Below, piece by piece: positions 56,176 to 64,000 of a stretch of 64,000 nt of DNA. The DNA is from Dehalococcoidia bacterium (GTDB taxonomy: Bacteria > Chloroflexota > Dehalococcoidia > Bin125): positions 704,001 to 768,000 of the forward strand of contig OY820591.1 of assembly GCA_963555985.3 (NCBI GenBank), given 5' to 3'. The position numbers and the translations under genes were made by a program. The notes below the pieces were generated by a model, which was not told where the DNA came from, searched no databases, and was given only the letters and a program-made list of their open reading frames with translations. Positions within the stretch are counted from its first letter, which is position 1, and every line of letters starts with the position of its first letter.

Positions 56176-57006
56176 TCAAACCCCCAACCCCCGAGCAACC
56201 AACACCCCCAACCCCGCAACCCCGCAATACAACGCAAACGGAACCAAACTCCGACCCCGAACCAACCACAACAACCCCCGAATCGCAATCAGACCGGTGA
56301 GAAACGAGATCACCGCCGCCAGCGCCAACGTCGGCTCATCCACGCCCGCCGACTCCGTCGCCACCGCCCGCACCGCCAACACTCCCGCTCCCGCCAGCGC
56401 CGGAATCGACAACCAGAACGCCCATCGAGTCGACGCCGAACGCCCAAACCCCAGCGACATCCCTGCCGCCATGCACACCCCACTCCGAGAAATCCCAGGC
56501 AAAATCGCCAAACACTGCGCCACTCCGATCGCAAGCGCGTCCAAACCCCTCATCGAGCCCAACTCGCGCGGTCGCCGCAACCGGCGCAGCAACACCTCCG
56601 ATCCCCCGATCAGCGCCGCCGTCGCCAGCAGCAACGCCCCCGCCGTCGTCGGCCCGCGCAACTCGTCCTCAAGCGCCTCATACAGCAGCGCGCCCACGAC
56701 CACGATCGGCATCGTCCCAATCAGCCCCAGCCAAATCAGCCGTCGCGGCCGCAGCCCGTCAACTCGCTCGCCCTCTGGCGAACGCAGCCCGCGCAGCACC
56801 CCCGCGACCTCCCGCCGAAACGCGAACAGAATCGCCGCCAGCGTGCCCAGATGCACCGCGACATCGAAATCCAGCCCCGGATCGTCCCAGCCGAACAGCC
56901 AGCGCGCCAGCGAGAGATGGCCGCTGGACGAGATCGGCAGAAACTCCGTCAACCCCTGCACCACGGCCAGCACGATCACTTCAAGCAGGTTCGATTCAGC
57001 CGACAC
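56176..57006 (-). CDS. uppP: Undecaprenyl-diphosphate phosphatase
   Basis: VQGLTEFLPISSSGHL, DVAVHLGT, IG.AQ.LAILPGISRSG, F.LSIPA. Confidence 0.95.
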   Translation of the reverse strand: MSAESNLLEVIVLAVVQGLTEFLPISSSGHLSLARWLFGWDDPGLDFDVAVHLGTLAAILFAFRREVAGVLRGLRSPEGERVDGLRPRRLIWLGLIGTMPIVVVGALLYEALEDELRGPTTAGALLLATAALIGGSEVLLRRLRRPRELGSMRGLDALAIGVAQCLAILPGISRSGVCMAAGMSLGFGRSASTRWAFWLSIPALAGAGVLAVRAVATESAGVDEPTLALAAVISFLTGLIAIRGLLWLVRGRSLVPFALYCGVAGLGVLVARGLGV

Positions 57007-57057
57007 CTAGACTCCACCTAGCCCGCCAACGCCACTCTACGACCAGGAGCCGCCCCA

Positions 57058-57723
57058 ATGGACATCACCGAAGTCATTCGCACCACCTTCGCCTGCCGCG
57101 ACTTCACCGACGATCCCGTCTCCGATGAGACGATTGCCAAAATCCTCGAACACGCCCGCTTCGCCCCCTCCGGCGGCAACCGCCAGGGCTGGCACGTGAT
57201 CGTCGTCCGCGATCCCGAAATCCGCGCCCAGATCGCCGACTGCGCCCAGCGCCCCGCCCGCCGCTACGTCGCCATGCAGCAAGCCGGCGAGGGCCCCTGG
57301 AACGCCGCCTTCCCCTCCTCCGTCACCGACGAGTCCGCCGCCGACGTCCGCGTCCCCAGCCGCCTTTACACCACCTACACCGACGCCCCCGTCCTCCTCG
57401 CCGTCGTCGTCGACCTCGGCGTTGTCGCCTCCGTCGACAAGGAACTCGATCGCGTCGGCGTCATCTCCGGCGCCTCCATCTACCCCTTTGTCTGGAGCAT
57501 CCTCCTCATGGCCCGCAACGAAGGCCTCGGCGGCGTCCTCACCACCATCCCGATCGCCGAAGAGCCACGCCTCAAAGAGCTCTTGGGCCTACCCGACCAC
57601 TACGCCGTCGCCGCCTTCCTCCCGATCGGCAAACCCGTCCAGCAACTCACCCGCCTCAAGCGAGGCCCCATCGAACACTTCACCACCATCGACCGCTTTG
57701 ACGGAGAGGCCTTCAATGGCTAA
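57058..57723 (+). CDS. Nitroreductase family protein
   Basis: R.FTDDPV, ARFAPSGGNRQGW, LLMARNEGLGG, PIGKP. RBS aggag. Confidence 0.9.
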   Translation: MDITEVIRTTFACRDFTDDPVSDETIAKILEHARFAPSGGNRQGWHVIVVRDPEIRAQIADCAQRPARRYVAMQQAGEGPWNAAFPSSVTDESAADVRVPSRLYTTYTDAPVLLAVVVDLGVVASVDKELDRVGVISGASIYPFVWSILLMARNEGLGGVLTTIPIAEEPRLKELLGLPDHYAVAAFLPIGKPVQQLTRLKRGPIEHFTTIDRFDGEAFNG

Positions 57724-57730
57724 AAACTTC

Positions 57731-57765
57731 CGTCATTCCCGCGCTCCGCCGCGGGAATCTCGCCG
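57731..57765 (+). repeat. REP family A variant
   Basis: cgtcattcccgcgctccgccgcgggaatctcgccg, with compensatory ttccc/gggaa versus taccc/gggta in other copies. Confidence 0.8.
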
Positions 57766-57864
57766 TGAACAGCACCGTCGTTTCATCCTCAGGACATCCT
57801 GTCCCGAATCGCTCGGCGCAGGCGCAACTACCGCCAACTGCTTCGGCGGCGATGCCTTCAGGAG

Positions 57865-58152
57865 CTAAGAGCCGCCAGCGGCCTCGGTCGGCGACGGCCG
57901 GTTCGCCACAGTCAACACATCGGCGATCCGGTCCATGGCTGCATGCTTGATGAAGTCAAGGGAGTCTTCGTTGGTCACACGGCAAGCGGCCAACAGGAGC
58001 TTCAGCTCGGCAGGACTGAAGTCGACACAAGGGCTGCCCCAGACCTCGGCAGTTGGGCCAAACGGAGACTCAAGCTCTACGGCCGTGTCCCAGTCCGTGT
58101 CCGCTAATTCGTCCAGCTCTGTGTCGATCGGCGGGTCTAGTTCGTTGCTCAT
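57865..58152 (-). CDS. Putative antitoxin (acidic N-terminus, RHH-like C-terminus)
   Basis: Directly downstream of the BrnT-like gene; V.F...EL..L..AC......DFIK.AA pattern. Confidence 0.5.
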   Translation of the reverse strand: MSNELDPPIDTELDELADTDWDTAVELESPFGPTAEVWGSPCVDFSPAELKLLLAACRVTNEDSLDFIKHAAMDRIADVLTVANRPSPTEAAGGS

Positions 58153-58155
58153 CGC

Positions 58156-58482
58156 CTAATGTCTCCGTCGCCGTTGCCGGTACTCTGCGCGCTCCCGTTT
58201 GCCCGCCAAGCGACCAGTGACTACGTGTGACCGACCGTCATCGTCAGGATAGTCAATCACGATGACCAGCAGTCGATCGCCGCGATCGGTTCCGATCAGT
58301 CGTTGCCGATCGGGTCGCCTGCGAGTGGAACCGTCTTCCTGTTCTTCGACCTTCCCGTCCTGGTGGATCAAGATCGGCCAATCATGAGCTACATCGAGCA
58401 CATCGTCGATTGTGAGTCCGTGGAACCACAATTTGTCACGCGTGACGTCGTTCCACGTCAATCTTGGGACTCGCTCCGTCAT
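58156..58482 (-). CDS. BrnT/RelE-fold-like toxin
   Basis: LTWND....KL..HGL...DV, R.RLIG...G.RLLVIV, VVT.R.A.KRER..Y pattern. ATGA overlap with the ispG stop. Confidence 0.6.
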   Translation of the reverse strand: MTERVPRLTWNDVTRDKLWFHGLTIDDVLDVAHDWPILIHQDGKVEEQEDGSTRRRPDRQRLIGTDRGDRLLVIVIDYPDDDGRSHVVTGRLAGKRERAEYRQRRRRH

Positions 58483-59642
58483 CTCTCGCCCTGCGCCGCG
58501 ATGATCGCGTCCAACTCCGACTTCAGCCGCCCCAGAATCTCGTCGTAGGGATAGTGCCCCAACGACTCTTCCCCGCGTTTCAGGTTGACCGCCAGCGGCC
58601 CGCACCAGAGACCCAAATCCGCATCGTCCGTCTCGCCCGGACCGTTCACCCGGCAACCCATCACCGCAATCGTGATGTCGTACTCCGAGGCGTACGCTGT
58701 CATCGCCTTCACGTCCTGCGCCAGATCGACGAACTTCTCGTTCTCGACCCGCGAGCAGGAGGGACAACTAATGATGTTCAGACCCTCGTCGAAACGCGGC
58801 GGCACCGAGCGGAAGCGTCCCGCCGCAATGTCCGCCAGAATCTCCCGAGCAACCGTGATCTCCTGCCCCTTGTCGTCAAACGGCACCGTCAGCGAGACCC
58901 GAACCGTATCCCCGATCCCTTGCGAGACCAGTTGCTCGAACGCGACCCGAGTCTTGATCACGCCCTCCGGCGGCATCCCCGCCTCAGTCACGCCAAGGTG
59001 CAACGGCACATCCGGACGCTCCGCTGCAAAGCGCTGGTTGACCTCAACGACCTGCTTCCAGTCGGAGTCCTTGAGCGAAACGACGTAACGCCCAAAGCCC
59101 AAATCGTCCAGCAAGTCACAGTGCTCGCTCGCCGAAGCCACAATCGCCGACACGTGATCATGCGGATATCGCTCCAACATGCGCGGATCAATCGAGCCGC
59201 AGTTCACTCCAACCCGGATCGCGCAATCGTGCTTCGCCGCCGTCTCCGCGATGAACGCCACCTTCTCAGGCACGGACTTCTGCTTCTCGTGATGATGCAG
59301 GTGGCCGGGGTTATAGCGAATCTTGTCCACATGCGGCGCGACCTGCGTGCAGAGCCGGTAGTTCTCTTGGAGATCGACCGAGAGCGGCGCGGAAGTCTGC
59401 TCCCGCACCTGCGCCAGCGCCTCCACATCCTTGCGCGAGTCCACCGCCACCCGCACCAGATCCGCGCCCGCCGCCTCCAGCAGTCGCACTTGACGCACCG
59501 TCGCCTCGACATCCTGGGTGCGCGTCGCAGCCATCGACTGCACGAGGATCGGATTGGCTCCCCCAATCGCAGTCTTGCCCACGCGCACCTCGCGCGTTGG
59601 GTTGCGGCGCAATTGTCCGGTGAGTTCAAGCGGCTCTGCCAT
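58479..59642 (-). CDS. ispG: (E)-4-hydroxy-3-methylbut-2-enyl-diphosphate synthase
   Basis: TREVRVG...[69 protein letters not shown] ggaggt. Confidence 0.96.
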   Translation of the reverse strand: MAEPLELTGQLRRNPTREVRVGKTAIGGANPILVQSMAATRTQDVEATVRQVRLLEAAGADLVRVAVDSRKDVEALAQVREQTSAPLSVDLQENYRLCTQVAPHVDKIRYNPGHLHHHEKQKSVPEKVAFIAETAAKHDCAIRVGVNCGSIDPRMLERYPHDHVSAIVASASEHCDLLDDLGFGRYVVSLKDSDWKQVVEVNQRFAAERPDVPLHLGVTEAGMPPEGVIKTRVAFEQLVSQGIGDTVRVSLTVPFDDKGQEITVAREILADIAAGRFRSVPPRFDEGLNIISCPSCSRVENEKFVDLAQDVKAMTAYASEYDITIAVMGCRVNGPGETDDADLGLWCGPLAVNLKRGEESLGHYPYDEILGRLKSELDAIIAAQGER

Positions 59643-59679
59643 CTGCGACCTCCGATTACCCGCATCGTACCGTTGCACT

Positions 59680-59985
59680 GTGCTCTTCAACGTGATCTTC
59701 TTGATCCTCTTCGTAGCCGCCTGGAGCGTGGTCGGGATGCTGGTCTGGATCGCATTGAGTCTCCGCCGGCGTGCCGTCGGCGCGCTCTGGGCAGCGCCGT
59801 TCGCAATCCTCGGCGCGGTCGGAGCCGGAGCCTTGACCGGAGTGATCGGCGTGGACGTGGGCTGGAGTTTCCTCGCCGCCGCATTGGGGTCGGGTGCGCT
59901 CTGCTCCCTAGCATTCCGCACATGGGACGCATGGAAATTAGGCGATCGCTTCGCATCCTGGTCCCGGCGCGATCGCTCGCGCTGA
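59680..59985 (+). CDS. Small membrane protein (about 3 TM)
   Basis: Hydrophobic part of ORF 59518..59985, upstream of proS. GTG start assumed. Confidence 0.6.
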   Translation: MLFNVIFLILFVAAWSVVGMLVWIALSLRRRAVGALWAAPFAILGAVGAGALTGVIGVDVGWSFLAAALGSGALCSLAFRTWDAWKLGDRFASWSRRDRSR

Positions 59986-60021
59986 TATCGTCGGCTGAGC
60001 GCGTGATCCGTTGATCCTGGA

Positions 60022-61737
<1,716 letters not shown>

Positions 61738-61950
61738 GCACCTGCATTCACCTGCATTCGGCGTGCCCTGAGCGACACTCGCATCGCCCCCGGCTCCGAT
61801 CCGCGTGTATAGTTTCTCAGTGAAGGGCGGGCGTTGGGTCGGTTCGGTCGCTGGTGACTGGCGTAGCTCTGGTCGGCATCCGAGCCGCACTCGCTCGCCG
61901 ATGCGCGCGAATCGCCGCCGATCCGGTGGCGCGGCGATAATAGGCTGAAC

Positions 61951-63399
61951 ATGAAACCTGATTTTCTGCTGGCAGTGAAGCAGCTCACCGCTGAGAAGGG
62001 CCTTGACGAACAGGTCGTGTTCTCCGCGATCGAGCGCGGCATGGCCGCGGCCGTCAAGCGCCGCTATGAACTGCCCGGCAACGTCCTGGTCAACATCGAT
62101 CGCTACGACGGCAACCTGGCCGTCTGGTCGGAAATGGAAGTCGTCGAAATCGAGGAGGACATCGCCGACGAAGACCTCCAGATCGAGCTCGATCGAGCCC
62201 GCCTGGTCGATACCGCCGTCCAGATCGGTTCGACCCTGCGCCAGCGCCATGAGATCAGCGATGTCGGCGGCCGGATCGAAGCCCAGACCGCGAAGCAGGT
62301 CGTTTTGCAGGCCCTCCGTGAGGCCGAACGCGAAGCCGTCTTCGCCGAGTATTCGGGTCAGGAAGGCGAACTGGTTTCCGGCCAGGTACAGCGGGTGGAA
62401 CCGCATCAGGTCATCGTCGACTTGGGCGGCGCGACCGAGGCAGTGCTGCCCGCGCAGGAACAGGTACGGATGGAGCGCTACCGCTCGGCTCAGCGCGTCA
62501 AGGCGATCATGGTCGAGGTCTTGAGAGCCAACAAGGGGCCGCAGATCGTGATCTCACGCTCACGCCCGGACTTCGTCCGGCGTCTGTTTGAAGTTGAAGT
62601 GCCCGAGATCGCGCGCGGATCAGTCGAGATCCGCGGAATCGCGCGCGAGCCGGGACATCGCACGAAGATCGCCGTCTGGTCGCGTCAGGAAGGTCTGGAC
62701 CCAGTCGGCGCCTGCATCGGCATGAGAGCGATGCGGATCCAGAACATCGTTAATGAGATGCACGGTGAGCGGATCGACGTGATCGAATGGGATCGCGACC
62801 CGCGCCGCTTCGTCGAACATGCCCTCAGCCCGGCTCAGATTCTGGCTGTCCGCATCGACCCCGAAACGAAGACGGCCGAATGCGCCGTACCGGATCTGCA
62901 ACTCAGCTTGGCGATCGGGCGCGAAGGCCAGAATGCTCGCCTCGCCGCTCGCTTGACCGGCTACCGGATTGATCTGAAGCCGCAGACCGTCGCTGAGCGA
63001 ATGCAGACAGAGGACCGCGGGCCGTTCGCGCTGCAACCGGAACTGGAACTCGAACCGGAGCCGCTGCCGGAGCCCGAACCCGTATCTGCGCCGCTCGCTG
63101 TGGACGAACCCCCGCTCACCGTCGCCGCACAGGTGGCGCAGGCGATCTCCGAACCGGCCGAACCGGCCGCCGCACAGGTGGAAGAGGAAGAACTGGAACC
63201 CGAACCGGCACTGCAAGCGATGGAAATCTCGCAGCCGCTGCGTGAAGGCCAGATTCGCTTCGGCGAAGATGTGCTCCGCCGCGAACCCGAGGAACCGCGC
63301 GACCGCCGCCGGCGACGGCGACCGCGCTACGTCGAAACAGACGAAGGTCTGGACGACGACCCCTACGCCGAGTACTCCGAATTTGAGGACGACTTCTAG
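61951..63399 (+). CDS. nusA: Transcription termination/antitermination factor NusA
   Basis: GRIEAQTAKQV, EVPEI..G.VEI..IAREPG.RTKIAV, DPVGAC.G, LSLAIGREGQNARLAARLTG. Confidence 0.97.
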   Translation: MKPDFLLAVKQLTAEKGLDEQVVFSAIERGMAAAVKRRYELPGNVLVNIDRYDGNLAVWSEMEVVEIEEDIADEDLQIELDRARLVDTAVQIGSTLRQRHEISDVGGRIEAQTAKQVVLQALREAEREAVFAEYSGQEGELVSGQVQRVEPHQVIVDLGGATEAVLPAQEQVRMERYRSAQRVKAIMVEVLRANKGPQIVISRSRPDFVRRLFEVEVPEIARGSVEIRGIAREPGHRTKIAVWSRQEGLDPVGACIGMRAMRIQNIVNEMHGERIDVIEWDRDPRRFVEHALSPAQILAVRIDPETKTAECAVPDLQLSLAIGREGQNARLAARLTGYRIDLKPQTVAERMQTEDRGPFALQPELELEPEPLPEPEPVSAPLAVDEPPLTVAAQVAQAISEPAEPAAAQVEEEELEPEPALQAMEISQPLREGQIRFGEDVLRREPEEPRDRRRRRRPRYVETDEGLDDDPYAEYSEFEDDF

Positions 63400-63473
63400 T
63401 CGTCGTGCGAAGGGAGCGGAGCGTCGGCGGGTGAAGAGTCTCCGGTCGGCGTTCGCCCCCGCGAGGAACGCCC

Positions 63474-63818
63474 ATGCCCTCCGTCGCCGCGCCCAACGCT
63501 GCCGCCGCCGCTCCTGGCCGCCGCGTCCCCGAGCGCCGCTGCGTGGTCTGTCGCCGCATCGCCGCCCGCGATCAGTTGCGCCGGGTCTCCCGCCGCGCGG
63601 ACGGGCTCATCGCATTTGATCCTGAAGCCCGGCTCGAAGGACGCAGCGCCTATTTCTGCCGTTCGGCGAACTGTGCCCTGGCCGTCGCAACAGACCCGAA
63701 AGGGCTGGCGCGAGCGCTGCGAGCCGCGCCGCCGCAGCGCGTGCTCGACGAAATCGCTCGCCACGCAGACGCGCAATTCACGCTCTCATCCCCGGCTGAC
63801 TGCAAGGAGTCGCTCTAA
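63474..63818 (+). CDS. ylxR: YlxR/DUF448 family RNA-binding protein
   Basis: PERRCVVCR, L.R, GRSAYFC...C; located between nusA and infB. Confidence 0.88.
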   Translation: MPSVAAPNAAAAAPGRRVPERRCVVCRRIAARDQLRRVSRRADGLIAFDPEARLEGRSAYFCRSANCALAVATDPKGLARALRAAPPQRVLDEIARHADAQFTLSSPADCKESL

Positions 63819-64000
63819 TGGTGCGCCGCACTGCCGATCCCACCGTTCAAATCCCGCGCACGCTGACCGTGCGCGAACTCGCCGACCTCTTGGGCGACAC
63901 CCCAATCACGATCATCAAAGTGCTGATGACCAACGGCGTGATGGCGAATGTGTCGGAGACGCTCGATTACGGCACCGCCGCCCTGGTGGCGATGGAACGC
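63818..64000 (+). CDS. infB: Translation initiation factor IF-2, N-terminus (truncated by the window edge)
   Basis: TAATG overlap; MVRRTADPTVQIPRTLTVRELADLLGDTPITIIKVLMTNGVMANVSETLDYGTAALVA matches an IF2_N pattern; conserved synteny. Confidence 0.88.
   Translation, partial: MVRRTADPTVQIPRTLTVRELADLLGDTPITIIKVLMTNGVMANVSETLDYGTAALVAMER

Overview
High-GC (about two-thirds G+C by eye) bacterial chromosome segment, most consistent with Chloroflexota/Dehalococcoidia. That assignment is inferred from a luciferase-like monooxygenase, several family III CoA-transferases, Uma2 and PaREP1 genes, and nusA without an upstream rimP. Housekeeping content: tRNA-His(GUG), tRNA-Arg(UCG), rpsU, mgtE, uppP, ispG, proS, nusA-ylxR-infB (partial). 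Metabolic genes include a TPP-dependent 2-hydroxyacyl-CoA lyase-like enzyme, a B12 acyl-CoA mutase with isobutyryl-CoA-mutase-type residues, a thiolase and an enoyl-CoA hydratase. There are two toxin-antitoxin loci and a large set of secreted surface proteins. Main observations: (1) two inverted copies of a cassette made of a REP array, a conserved leader and a small ORF, one followed by a terminase large-subunit Walker A stub. REP orientation tracks domains of strong G+T versus C+A strand skew that reach into synonymous codon positions of neighbouring genes. (2) Six secreted proteins share a C-terminal Trp-rich domain, and three paralogs carry a non-canonical [YF]P-x-[GS]-G-x-x-GL/TM/basic sorting signal. 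(3) A c-di-AMP (ydaO/yuaA) riboswitch lies upstream of a KamA-family radical SAM aminomutase. (4) A translationally coupled DUF1538-DUF1538-PII-CBS operon is divergent from a K+ channel. No CRISPR array, rRNA, transposase or intact prophage was seen. All family calls come from motif recognition, not database searches.
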